From contig OY970342.1 in assembly GCA_963717505.1 (NCBI GenBank), positions 3,872,001 through 3,936,000 of the forward strand: DNA of 64,000 nucleotides, written 5' to 3'. Shown here one piece after another: positions 13,008-22,511 of this stretch. The stretch's first letter is position 1. Each line of letters opens with the position of its first letter. The position numbers and the translations under genes are program-made. A model generated the notes under the pieces. That model was not told where the DNA came from and did not search any database. It saw nothing but the letters and a program-made list of their open reading frames with translations. The DNA comes from Candidatus Eiseniibacteriota bacterium. GTDB lineage: Bacteria; Eisenbacteria; RBG-16-71-46.

Positions 13008-15731
13008 TCAGGCCCCCCGGGTCTCGAGCAGGTCCAGCGGATCGAGCCGCCGGCCGTCCCGTTCCACCCACAGTCGCGTCCGCTCGATGTCGGTCGAACG
13101 CGCATCGGCGTGGGGAATCAGGAGGGCGACGATTTCGTCGGGTCGGACCTGGGCACGCACCGTGAAGCGAAGGTGCGCGTCGAGCACCGGCAACCCCGCG
13201 TCGCTCCCCACTTCGAGGGCAGCGATCGAGGGTCGGGCGTCGAATTCGCGGGTCTTGCCTTCACTCGTCCGGCGCACGAGCACGTGCTCGCGCGCCAGCA
13301 GCCCCTCGATCGCGGCGCCCAGCGTGGCGCGCAGCGCGTCGACCGAAAGTCCGGCGCCGGCCAGGAACGTGGCCGGGAAGCCGATGCGGTACGACGCGCC
13401 TTCGAGCAGGCTCATGAGGGAAGGCGTCTTGAACAGAATGGGTCGAAAGTCGAGGACCGCGAGCCCTTCCGGCAGCACCGGATCCAGCCGGCCGGCGAGA
13501 TCCGCCGCCGGAGGCTGAGAGAACTCGAGGTCGAACGCCTCGGCCCGTGAACGAAACCCCAGGGGCAACGGGGGGCCAAACGACATCTTGAGATGCGGAT
13601 GGTGACCCTGGGTGAATGCGAGCGGCAGGCCCGAGCGCCGGAGCGTCCGTTCCCACGTCCGCATGAGATCGAGGTGCGAGGTGAAACGCATCGGTGCGCC
13701 CTTGGCGAACACGATGCGGAATCGGGTGCTGGTGGCGACGCCGCGCGCCGGAGCTCCGGCGTGCCCGTTGCGCCGCGACACCGGCAGCGCGTCGTGGCGA
13801 CGCGCGCGCCGGCCGTACGGTTGGGCGTTGGCGCGCGCCTGGGCCATGTCGAGTGGTACGTGCGGGGTCTTGACCCACGGCCGCTGCGGGCACTCCGACA
13901 CGCCGCACGAGAAGCAGATGTCCTCGAGCCGGCAATCGTCGGTGATCGCCGCGCGGTCGGCGCGCAGCTTCTCGCGCACCAGGAACTTCCGGGTCACCGG
14001 TGAGTGGATGACGTCCCACGGCTGATCGAGGTCGGTCGAGCGTTCGCGCAGCTGGCGCTCCGCGTCCATCCCCAGATCGCGGAACACGTCCATCCAGGTA
14101 TCGAACTTCAGGTGTTCGGACCACGCGTCGAACCGGCAGCCGCGGCGGTAGGCCTCGGCGACGGCTTCGCCCAGCCGGCGATCGCCGCGGGTGAACACAC
14201 CTTCCAACAACGACGTCTCGGCGTCTCGGTACTTGAGGGTGAGTGGCTTTCCGCGCGCGGCCGAGCGCAGCAGGCTCAGGCGGCGGTTGAGCTCCGCGGT
14301 CGACACCTGCTCGGCCCACGCGAACGGCGTGTGCGGCTTGGGCACGTGCGGCGAGACGCTGACCGTGATTCGGAAGTTGTGGTTGCCTTCGGCGCGCGCG
14401 CGCTTGCCGGCCTTGTGCCCCAGATCGAGGATCGCTTCCAGGTCCGAGTCGGTCTCCCCCGGCAGCCCGCACATGAAGTAGAGCTTGGCGCTGGTGTAGC
14501 CCTCGCGCGCGGCCGTGCCCACCGACTCGAGCAGTTCTTCCTCGGTGTGGTTCTTGTTGATCACGTCGCGCATGCGTTGGCTGCCGGCCTCGGGAGCCAG
14601 CGTGATCGAGCCCTTCCGCTGCGACGCCATCCGGCGCGCAACCTCGACCGGCACGTTGTCGGGCCGGGTCGACGGCAGCGAGATCTGGACCCGGGTCGGA
14701 CACAACTCGTCGGCGAGCGCGTTGACCTGATCCACGATCTGGGTGTGGTCGGTGCTCGACAGCGAGATCAGTGACACTTCCTCGAGCCCGGTGGCGGACA
14801 GGCCGCGCAAAACTTCCTCGACCACCTGCTGGGCCGGCTTCTCGCGCACCGGCCGATTGATCATCCCCGCCTGGCAGAAGCGGCAACCGCGTGTGCACCC
14901 ACGCATGATCTCGACCGACAACCGGTCGTGCGTGATCTCGCCGACCGGGAGCAGCGGGGCGGCCGGGTAGTACTCGCTCTTGAGCGCGGGGACCCACACC
15001 GACTGGACGCGCGCGGGAAAACCCGGGCGCGCCTGCGGCACCAGCCAGCCCTCGGGGGTCTCGCGCAGCTCGTAGCCCGACGGCACGTAGACGCCGGACA
15101 CGTGAGCCAGGGCGCGCAGGAGGCGCGGGCGATCCCAGTGCTCGCGCTTCGACTGGCGTACGGCGTCGACGACTCGATGGATCGCCTCTTCGCCGTCGCC
15201 GATCACGAACGCGTCGATGAACTCCGACATCGGCTCGGGGCTGAACGCCTGCGCCCCGCCCGCGATCACCAGTGGATGGCGCGCCTCGCGGTCGACCGCA
15301 CGCAGCGGGACGCCCGCGAGGTCGAGCATCATCAGCACGTTCGTGTACTGCAGCTCGTACTGGAGCGAAAAACCGAGGACGTCGAACTGGTCGGCGGTCG
15401 CATGCGAGTCGAGCGAGAAGAGCGGGATCCCGAGCTGGCGCATCTCGGCCTCGGCGTCGGGCCATGGCGCAAACGTCAGTTCGGCGGCGACATCCGGACG
15501 CTGATTCAGAACATGGTGGATGATCCGGATCCCCATGTTCGAGAGCCCGATCTCGTAGGCGTCGGGAAACGCCAGCAACACTCGGACTTCGGCGGCTGCG
15601 AGCGGCTTGCGCGGCACGTGCAGGGCGTTGCCGAGGTAGCGATTGGGCTTCGAAACCCGGGGCAGGAGCTGATGTTCGATCAGCTCCCGGACCGACGGGC
15701 GGCTCGGGATTTCAGCGGTTGCGAGAGTCAT
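13008..15731 (-). CDS. TIGR03960-type radical SAM protein fused to a DUF2344 (TIGR03936) domain
   Basis: FPDAYEIGLSN, GCTRGCRFCQAG (CxxxCxxC), LAPEAGSQRMR, PKPHTPF, and C-terminal RFTSHLDL..WER..RR..F.QGHHPH. Confidence 0.88.
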   Translation of the reverse strand: MTLATAEIPSRPSVRELIEHQLLPRVSKPNRYLGNALHVPRKPLAAAEVRVLLAFPDAYEIGLSNMGIRIIHHVLNQRPDVAAELTFAPWPDAEAEMRQLGIPLFSLDSHATADQFDVLGFSLQYELQYTNVLMMLDLAGVPLRAVDREARHPLVIAGGAQAFSPEPMSEFIDAFVIGDGEEAIHRVVDAVRQSKREHWDRPRLLRALAHVSGVYVPSGYELRETPEGWLVPQARPGFPARVQSVWVPALKSEYYPAAPLLPVGEITHDRLSVEIMRGCTRGCRFCQAGMINRPVREKPAQQVVEEVLRGLSATGLEEVSLISLSSTDHTQIVDQVNALADELCPTRVQISLPSTRPDNVPVEVARRMASQRKGSITLAPEAGSQRMRDVINKNHTEEELLESVGTAAREGYTSAKLYFMCGLPGETDSDLEAILDLGHKAGKRARAEGNHNFRITVSVSPHVPKPHTPFAWAEQVSTAELNRRLSLLRSAARGKPLTLKYRDAETSLLEGVFTRGDRRLGEAVAEAYRRGCRFDAWSEHLKFDTWMDVFRDLGMDAERQLRERSTDLDQPWDVIHSPVTRKFLVREKLRADRAAITDDCRLEDICFSCGVSECPQRPWVKTPHVPLDMAQARANAQPYGRRARRHDALPVSRRNGHAGAPARGVATSTRFRIVFAKGAPMRFTSHLDLMRTWERTLRRSGLPLAFTQGHHPHLKMSFGPPLPLGFRSRAEAFDLEFSQPPAADLAGRLDPVLPEGLAVLDFRPILFKTPSLMSLLEGASYRIGFPATFLAGAGLSVDALRATLGAAIEGLLAREHVLVRRTSEGKTREFDARPSIAALEVGSDAGLPVLDAHLRFTVRAQVRPDEIVALLIPHADARSTDIERTRLWVERDGRRLDPLDLLETRGA

Positions 15732-16057
15732 GGATGGCGGTCGTGGAGCGCGCTCCGGTACTGGCCGTGCCGGCGGCCGCGGCTGGATCCGCGCGGCGTC
15801 CTGCCTCGACGAAAGGCACGGCGTGCTCGGCCCAGATGGCCGGCGGACTCCGTTGGCGCGGAGTAAGTTAGCACAGCAGTCCTGGGCTGCCAACGGTTGC
15901 GCCGGAACGGCTGTGGGGGCCGCTCAGCGCTGGCGGGGCGCCCAGGCGGTCGGTCCAATCGGAACCACGCAGATTTCATGGGGTTGTCCTCGGGTAGCCG
16001 ATACCATGGACACGCGACTCGCGTCCCGGCAGGACGCGACCGTCCCCGAGGAGTCCG

Positions 16058-18307
16058 ATGTTCAACTGCGTGGTGGCAGTGCTTCCCCTCCTGCTCGCCG
16101 CGCCTGCCATGCAGGCGACCGTCACGGGCACGGTTCGCGATGCCGAAACCGGGCAGGCGATCGCCGGCGCCATCGTGACCCTGACCGATCTGGATCGCGC
16201 GGCCGCAACCGACTCGACCGGTCGCTACGTACTGGCCCAGGTCCCGGCCGGACCCCAGCATCTCGCGGTCCGCTTCATAGGCTACTCGGGGCGTTCGCTG
16301 CACGCGCTGGTGCCGCGTGAGGGCGTTCTCGAGATCGACGTGTCGCTGCGCCCGCTGCCGGTCTTGCTCGAGCCAGTCGAAGTCCGCGCTCCGGTGAGCA
16401 TTCGCGGGATCGAAGGCGGGAGCACGACGCCGTTCCCCGACCGCGAGATGTCCTCGGCCGCGATCGCGAACCATCCGCTGCTGGCCGAGCCGGATGTATT
16501 CCAAGCGCTGGGTGGCGGCGAGGTCCAGGTGCGGCCGGAATCGCCGGACGGGGTTCACATCCGGGGCGGATCCACCGACCAGACGGCATACGTGCTGGAC
16601 GGAATTCCAGTCTTCAGCCCCTACCACGCCGCGGGTGTCGCCAGCGCCTGGAATCCCGACGCGGTGTCGCGGCTAACACTGGCCTCGACGTCGCCCCCTG
16701 GGACCAATGCGCATGCGCTCTCCGGGGTGATCGAGGCGTCGACGCGTAAGCCCGGAGATCGAATGACCGCGCGCGGCAGCCTGAGCACCACCCAGGCGCG
16801 GCTCACCCTCGATGGCCCGCTCGGCTCGAGCGGTGCCGGCCACGTCCTGAGCATGAGGCGCGGGATGCACGACGCCATCGCTCCGCGCGGCGAGCCGTCC
16901 TACCTCCAGGGGGGCACCGGCGACTGGCTGGCGAAAGTCGAAGCGCCCGCATGGGGCGGCCGGGCTCGCCTGCTGGGTTACGGCAACTCCAACGAGATCG
17001 GCGCCGCCGACAATGTGAATCCCCCGATCCGCCGCAACCGTTTCGAGTGGTACAGCCTGTCCCTCGGCGCGGACTGGAAGCGCGAATTCGGAGCGGCAAA
17101 CCTGCGCCTCCTGGGATGGGGCGCAAGCGGCGACGCCGGGGCGTCGTGGAATTCGGCTGCCGGACCGCTGGACCTCGCGGCCAATCGGCAGGACGAAGGA
17201 TTCGCGGTGGCCATCGAGCGACGATCGAAGCGGGCGACCACCGCACTCGAGGTGCGGCTCGAACGCAGCCGGACGACCTATCGGGTGACCTCCGATTCCG
17301 CGGGCGGACCCGCCACGCGGCTGGAAGCCGAGACACCGGTAGCCACCGCGCTCGGGCGATGCGCATGCTCGATCGGCCAGCGGCTGGAGTCCGACCTGGG
17401 AGCCGCTCTGGCGCTGAGCGGCGACGACGTCTACCCCGAGGCTCGTGCCCAGCTGCGGTGGCAGGCCACCGAGCAATGGGTGCTTTCCGGCAGCTATGCC
17501 CGCACCCACCAATTCGCGCAGTCGCTGCGGAACACGGAGTCGGTGGTCGGACATCTGTTCCCGGTCGACGTGTTCATGGGCGCCGGCGCTCCCGAGATTC
17601 CGGTGGCGCGCAGCGATCAAGGTGTGGTGGCCGCCGACTATCGTCCACTCCCCGGCCTTCGCCTGGGGCTCCAGTTCTACGAGCGCTCATCCGACGGCCT
17701 GGTGCTGGTGGCGCCGCGAGACGGCGGTCCCTTCACCACCGGACGCTTCGTGGTCGGCTCGGCGTCCGCCCGCGGGCTCTCGATCGAGGCGGCAGCGGGT
17801 GCCGCGCGCTACGGCTTCATCGCGAGCTACGGCTGGCAGGACCTACGCTACGCGTACGGCGACACGAGCTACGTTCCCGAGCACGGTGCCGAGCACGTCC
17901 TCGAAGGCGGGCTCATCGTGTTCCCGTCGGCCTCGACCGCGATCCGCGTCGGCGTGAACGCCGCATGGGGACGCCGGACGACCACGATCCCCGACGGGCT
18001 CGAGTGGGAGTCGTGCAATCTCCTCGACCAGGGTTGTGAGTTCGTCGGCAGCCCCGACTACGGCGACGAGCCGCTCGGCGCGACCGAACTGCCCGCTTAT
18101 CTCCGCGTCGATCTGGGGCTGCGCCAGCACTGGCACATCGAGATCGCCGGGCGCGACGCGTCGCTCGCGATCTTTGGCACCTACACCAACCTGCTCGGGC
18201 GGACCAATCTGCTGACCTACGCGCGCGACCCGGTGACCGGGGAGCTCAAGGGGATCGAGCTTCGACCCTCGGGGCCGCTGGTGGTCGGGCTCGACTGGCG
18301 CTTCTGA
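16058..18307 (+). CDS. TonB-dependent outer-membrane receptor with carboxypeptidase regulatory-like N-domain
   Basis: Signal peptide, VTGTVRDAETG, plug motif IRGGSTDQTAYVLDGIPV, LPAYLRVDL, and C-terminal WRF. Confidence 0.85.
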   Translation: MFNCVVAVLPLLLAAPAMQATVTGTVRDAETGQAIAGAIVTLTDLDRAAATDSTGRYVLAQVPAGPQHLAVRFIGYSGRSLHALVPREGVLEIDVSLRPLPVLLEPVEVRAPVSIRGIEGGSTTPFPDREMSSAAIANHPLLAEPDVFQALGGGEVQVRPESPDGVHIRGGSTDQTAYVLDGIPVFSPYHAAGVASAWNPDAVSRLTLASTSPPGTNAHALSGVIEASTRKPGDRMTARGSLSTTQARLTLDGPLGSSGAGHVLSMRRGMHDAIAPRGEPSYLQGGTGDWLAKVEAPAWGGRARLLGYGNSNEIGAADNVNPPIRRNRFEWYSLSLGADWKREFGAANLRLLGWGASGDAGASWNSAAGPLDLAANRQDEGFAVAIERRSKRATTALEVRLERSRTTYRVTSDSAGGPATRLEAETPVATALGRCACSIGQRLESDLGAALALSGDDVYPEARAQLRWQATEQWVLSGSYARTHQFAQSLRNTESVVGHLFPVDVFMGAGAPEIPVARSDQGVVAADYRPLPGLRLGLQFYERSSDGLVLVAPRDGGPFTTGRFVVGSASARGLSIEAAAGAARYGFIASYGWQDLRYAYGDTSYVPEHGAEHVLEGGLIVFPSASTAIRVGVNAAWGRRTTTIPDGLEWESCNLLDQGCEFVGSPDYGDEPLGATELPAYLRVDLGLRQHWHIEIAGRDASLAIFGTYTNLLGRTNLLTYARDPVTGELKGIELRPSGPLVVGLDWRF

Positions 18308-18318
18308 GGATCCGCGGA

Positions 18319-18349
18319 TGTCACGAACCGGGCCGCTCGTGGGTTCCTT
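18319..18349 (+). promoter_or_regulatory. Putative ECF sigma promoter (copy 1)
   Basis: TGTCAC-N18-GTTCCTT immediately upstream of the ECF gene; identical boxes and spacing recur at 20714-20744. Confidence 0.6.
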
Positions 18350-18364
18350 GGCCGGAGCATTCGC

Positions 18365-18961
18365 GTGAATGACGAGAATCGGGCTCACGGCAAGACATCG
18401 CTCGCGCGGATCGGCCGCCCACGGGAGGAGGACGCCGCGCTGTCGGATGCGACCGCATCGTTTCACGATCGGTTCGTCGAGCTGTTCGAGTCGCATTTCG
18501 CGCGCCTCCACCGCGTCGTGGACCGGCTGTCGGGCGACTCGGAACTGGCCGCCGACGTCGTTCAGGAAGCATTCGTTCGGCTCTATCGGCGAGGCTCGAT
18601 GCCCGATGTTCCAGCGGCCTGGGTGATCACCGTGGCGTTGAATCGATTCCGGAACGAGCGCACCACCAGAAGTCGGCGACTCCGACTGCTGACTCCGGCG
18701 CGCAGCGAGCACGCGCTCGGTGATCCGCCGCCCACGCCCGAGCAAGCGATGAACGCCCTGGACTCGCGGCGGCACGTGCGCTCAGCGCTCGATCGACTGC
18801 CCGAACGGGATCGGCACCTGTTGTTGCTCCACGCCGAGGGATACCGGTATCGCGAGATCGCAACCGCCTTGAAGCTGAACCCGGCCAGCGTCGGAGTGAT
18901 GCTGGCGCGCGCCCGCACGTCGTTCCGCGCCCTCTACCAGGAAGCCACCCATGCATCTTGA
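18365..18961 (+). CDS. ECF RNA polymerase sigma factor
   Basis: Region 2 AADVVQEAFVRL...AWVITVALN and region 4 LPERDR..LLL..EGYRYREIA..L. Confidence 0.9.
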   Translation: MNDENRAHGKTSLARIGRPREEDAALSDATASFHDRFVELFESHFARLHRVVDRLSGDSELAADVVQEAFVRLYRRGSMPDVPAAWVITVALNRFRNERTTRSRRLRLLTPARSEHALGDPPPTPEQAMNALDSRRHVRSALDRLPERDRHLLLLHAEGYRYREIATALKLNPASVGVMLARARTSFRALYQEATHAS

Positions 18962-19697
18962 CCAGGAACGGATCCGGCGTTTCCTGGACGGTGAGCTCCT
19001 GGAGCCTCAGGCGCTCGAGGCGCGCGAGCATCTGGCCGCGTGCGCCGACTGCAGGAGCCGGGTCGAGGACGCACGCCGTGAAGACCTCGAGGTCGATTTC
19101 CTGCTGCGTGGCCTGGATCACGCGACACCACCGGTGCGCGTGGAGGACGTGGTCCAGGCGGCTGCGATGCGCCGCGGTCCGAGCGAAGCACCGCTCGCCC
19201 GAATCGTGGCGGGATTCGTGATTGCTGTGGTCCTGGCCGGCGCCGCCTACGCGATTCCCGGCTCGCCGCTGCCGCGGTGGGCGGATGCGGTGTTCGAGTG
19301 GATCGCGGCCCGCTCGGCTCCCCCAGTCTCGGATCCGGCGGCGCCGGACACCGGCGTTGCCGGGATCGCCGTCGTTCCCGGGGAGGCACTGCTCATCGAG
19401 TTCACGGCCCATCAGTCGGCCGGGCTGGTCCGGCTCTCCCTCTCGGACGCCGACCCGCTCACGGTGCGCGCCTCGATCGGTGCCGCGACCTTCCGCTCGG
19501 ATGTCGACCGACTCGTGATCGACAACCGTGGCTCCAGCGCGAGCTTCGAGATCCGGATTCCCCGCGGCGCGCCGCGGGTCGAAGTTCGTTCGAACGACCG
19601 GACGGTTTTCCTCAAGGAAGGTCCACGCATCCGTGCCGAGGGGCCAGTGGACGCGTCCGGTTTCTACGTCGTACCGTTGACCTCGGCTGGGCGATAG
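18951..19697 (+). CDS. Zinc-finger (zf-HC2) membrane anti-sigma factor
   Basis: HLAACADC (HxxxCxxC) and one TM helix; overlaps the sigma stop. Confidence 0.85.
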   Translation: MHLDQERIRRFLDGELLEPQALEAREHLAACADCRSRVEDARREDLEVDFLLRGLDHATPPVRVEDVVQAAAMRRGPSEAPLARIVAGFVIAVVLAGAAYAIPGSPLPRWADAVFEWIAARSAPPVSDPAAPDTGVAGIAVVPGEALLIEFTAHQSAGLVRLSLSDADPLTVRASIGAATFRSDVDRLVIDNRGSSASFEIRIPRGAPRVEVRSNDRTVFLKEGPRIRAEGPVDASGFYVVPLTSAGR

Positions 19698-19756
19698 CCT
19701 GTGTTCAAGTATCATCGTCGTTTGGCGTGGCGCGCCGGGAAGTTCACGTCGAATCG

Positions 19757-20683
19757 ATGACCCCTTGGTCCGTCACCTCGGAGGGCTCGGTCTTGATCAA
19801 GACGATTCGCAATTCAAGCGCCTCCATCGAGGGTCATCGCGACTCCGCGATCGTCCGGGTCGGCCGCGAATCGGCCCGGCTCGTCACCTCCGGACTGCTC
19901 GCGATCCCGCTCGTGGTAATCACGCTTCTCATCGAAGAAGTGGCGGAACGGGAGGCTTTCAGCTGGGATGGTCCGCTTATCGGCGTCGTCCGCGGCATGG
20001 ATAACTCGTTCTACGACGCCGCCCTCCAGTGGGTGTCGACGATCGGTGGCGGGATGGGTCTGTTGCTGCTCCTGATCCCACTGATGACCTACCTCATCCT
20101 GCGGGGCACGGTCGCGGGTGCAGCCTTCGTCGCCATCGCCGTACTCGGCGCAAGAGCTCTGGGGATCATCTTGAAGGGCCTTCTGGGGAGACCCCGGCCA
20201 CCCGGCGCGGACTTCAATTCTCTGTTTACGCTCATCGAGCTCATGTGCACCGTCGGACTGGTCGTCGTCGTTTGCGCCCTGGTGTTCTGGAGGAACCAAC
20301 GTCGCATGCGCTCGCTGATCCCTTTCATGGCGGTGATGGTCGTCGTGGTCGTGGTGTCGGTGGCGCTGATGTTCGTCCCCAGGCTTACCGGGGTCGACGG
20401 TCTTTCGTTCCCGAGCGGCCACGCGGTCAGTTCGATGGCGCTTGCGGCCGCCATCGGCTTCCTCGCGTGGCCGACCGCGCACCGCTGGCTGCTGTGCGGA
20501 GTGGGCACGCTGTTCGTCGCCGCCGTGGGGCTGTCACGAGTCTATTTTGGCCTCCATTACCCTTCCGACATCATCGGGGGTTGGTGCCTGTCGCTGCTCT
20601 GGGTGGCCGCCGCATGGACGTTGCTTCGACCCATTCTTCAGCCCATGGCCGTAAGCCCTCTGCAGGCACCACAGCCAGGATAG
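19757..20683 (+). CDS. PAP2 family membrane phosphatase
   Basis: K...GRPRP, SFPSGH and SRVYFGLHYPSD motifs with several TM helices; start uncertain. Confidence 0.85.
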   Translation: MTPWSVTSEGSVLIKTIRNSSASIEGHRDSAIVRVGRESARLVTSGLLAIPLVVITLLIEEVAEREAFSWDGPLIGVVRGMDNSFYDAALQWVSTIGGGMGLLLLLIPLMTYLILRGTVAGAAFVAIAVLGARALGIILKGLLGRPRPPGADFNSLFTLIELMCTVGLVVVVCALVFWRNQRRMRSLIPFMAVMVVVVVVSVALMFVPRLTGVDGLSFPSGHAVSSMALAAAIGFLAWPTAHRWLLCGVGTLFVAAVGLSRVYFGLHYPSDIIGGWCLSLLWVAAAWTLLRPILQPMAVSPLQAPQPG

Positions 20684-20713
20684 GCGCGCCGAAGCCCCCG
20701 CTTCCCCTTCGCC

Positions 20714-20744
20714 TGTCACAGGCTGACCCCCTCATCTGTTCCTT
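20714..20744 (+). promoter_or_regulatory. Putative ECF sigma promoter (copy 2)
   Basis: TGTCAC-N18-GTTCCTT, about 45 nt upstream of the 20789 ATG. Confidence 0.6.
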
Positions 20745-20788
20745 CTCGCGGAACGTGCCACATCCACCCACCGAGAAGGAGCACGGTC

Positions 20789-21574
20789 ATGAGAATCCGC
20801 TGGAGTCTGTTTCTCGGCCTGGCGCTACTGGCGGTCCTCGCCGGTGCAACGGGCTGCCGTTTGCTGGACGATTCGAACCCGCTTGCCCCGGTCGAAGTGG
20901 ATCCGACCTCCGCGCGGGGCGCCGATCACGATGACGAGGATGACGACGGCGATGGCGAGGACTTCGATCCCAAGGACTTCGTACGCGGGGTCAACCACCC
21001 CTACTTCCCACTACCTCCGGGCACCGCCTGGTCGTACGAGAAGGAAACCGACGAGGGACTCGAGACCGTCGAGGTCCGGGTGCTGCACGACACGAAGAAC
21101 ATCCTTGGCGTGCGCGCCACGGTGGTGCGCGATCAGGTCTTCGTCGACGGCGAGTTGAAGGAAGACACGTTCGACTGGTACGGGCAGGACGAGGACGGCA
21201 ACGTGTGGTACCTGGGCGAGGACACCAAGGAGTACGAAGACGGCAAAGTCGTGAGCACGGCCGGATCCTGGGAGGCCGGCAAGGACGGCGCCACTCCTGG
21301 GTTCATCATGCTCGCCCATCCGCGCCGGGGTAACGAGTACGCGCAGGAAGTGGCGCCCGGTGTCGCCGAGGACCGAGCCGAAGTGATCAGCCTGCGCAGG
21401 ACGGTGCGGGTGCCTGCCGGGCGCTTCCGCGATTGCCTGCAAACCCTCGAGACGACGCCGCTCGACCCGAACGCGCGAGAGTTCAAGTACTACGCCCGCG
21501 ACATCGGCTTGGTGTTGGTCACGGACGAGGAAGGCACCGACCGCGAGGAGCTGGTTTCGGTGACCCGCAAATGA
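20789..21574 (+). CDS. Acidic hypothetical lipoprotein
   Basis: AAGGAG SD, signal peptide ending ATGC, an Asp-rich tract, and NHPYFPLPPG..W.Y. Confidence 0.75.
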   Translation: MRIRWSLFLGLALLAVLAGATGCRLLDDSNPLAPVEVDPTSARGADHDDEDDDGDGEDFDPKDFVRGVNHPYFPLPPGTAWSYEKETDEGLETVEVRVLHDTKNILGVRATVVRDQVFVDGELKEDTFDWYGQDEDGNVWYLGEDTKEYEDGKVVSTAGSWEAGKDGATPGFIMLAHPRRGNEYAQEVAPGVAEDRAEVISLRRTVRVPAGRFRDCLQTLETTPLDPNAREFKYYARDIGLVLVTDEEGTDREELVSVTRK

Positions 21575-21600
21575 TGAAGTCCCACATCAGGAATCAGTCC

Positions 21601-22470
21601 ATGAAACCCGAAAGACTCATCGCCCTCGCCGCGCTCGCGTCGAGCCTACTCCACCCTGGATCCGCCGGCTCGCAGCCGGCGGATCCATCCCCTGGCTCGC
21701 GGATCGCGGCACCGGCGTGCGCACGTCGATCTTCGGGACGTACGTGCAAGCCCGGCGAATTGCTGGTCTCGCCGTTCTTCGAGTACTACCTCGACGACGA
21801 CTTCGAGTATGCGCCGTCCGAGCTCGGGTACGGCCTCGATGAGGACTATCGCGGCCGATATCGGGCGAGCGAGGGGCTGATCTTCCTCTCGTACGGTTTC
21901 TCCGATCGCTTGGCGATCGAGCTCGAAGCGGCGGTGATCAGCGCCTCGTTGGAGAAGTCGCCCGAGGACCCGAGCTCGATGCCCGCGCGCATCGAAGAGT
22001 CGGGGCCGGGCGACTGGCAGATGCAGCTCGACTGGCGCATCGCGCACGAGACCGCGAAGCGTCCCGAGTACTTTGGGTTCCTCGAGGTGGTGCCGCCGTC
22101 CAACACCAACAGCCTGCTGATCGGAACCCCCGACTGGGAGTTCAAGGCGGGCCTCGGGGCCACGCGGGGTCTGCCGTGGGGCACGGTGACGGTCCGCACC
22201 GCCGCGGCCTATTCGCTCGAGGAATCGGCGCTCGAGCTGGGCGAGTACGCCGTCGAGTACCTCAAACGACTGTCGCCGCGCTGGCGCGTCTATGCCGGCA
22301 TCGAAGGCGAACAAGACGAAGTCGAGTTGATCGGGGAAGTTCAGTGGCACGCGTCCGAGTCGGTCTATTTCAGGTTCAATACCGGCTACGGCCTGACGTC
22401 CAAGGCGACCGACTGGGCGCCGGACATTGGAATCGTGTTCGCCCTGCCGATCGCGCGGGACTCTCCTTAA
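21601..22470 (+). CDS. Hypothetical exported/outer-membrane beta-barrel protein
   Basis: Signal peptide and alternating beta-strand pattern with aromatic residues. A short stretch near 21690-21750 reads better in another frame (WLADRGTGVRTSIFGTYV), suggesting compensating indels. Confidence 0.6.
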   Translation: MKPERLIALAALASSLLHPGSAGSQPADPSPGSRIAAPACARRSSGRTCKPGELLVSPFFEYYLDDDFEYAPSELGYGLDEDYRGRYRASEGLIFLSYGFSDRLAIELEAAVISASLEKSPEDPSSMPARIEESGPGDWQMQLDWRIAHETAKRPEYFGFLEVVPPSNTNSLLIGTPDWEFKAGLGATRGLPWGTVTVRTAAAYSLEESALELGEYAVEYLKRLSPRWRVYAGIEGEQDEVELIGEVQWHASESVYFRFNTGYGLTSKATDWAPDIGIVFALPIARDSP

Positions 22471-22511
22471 GGCGCTTTCGCCCGAGCCCGATGTGGGCCA
22501 GAATGCATCGC

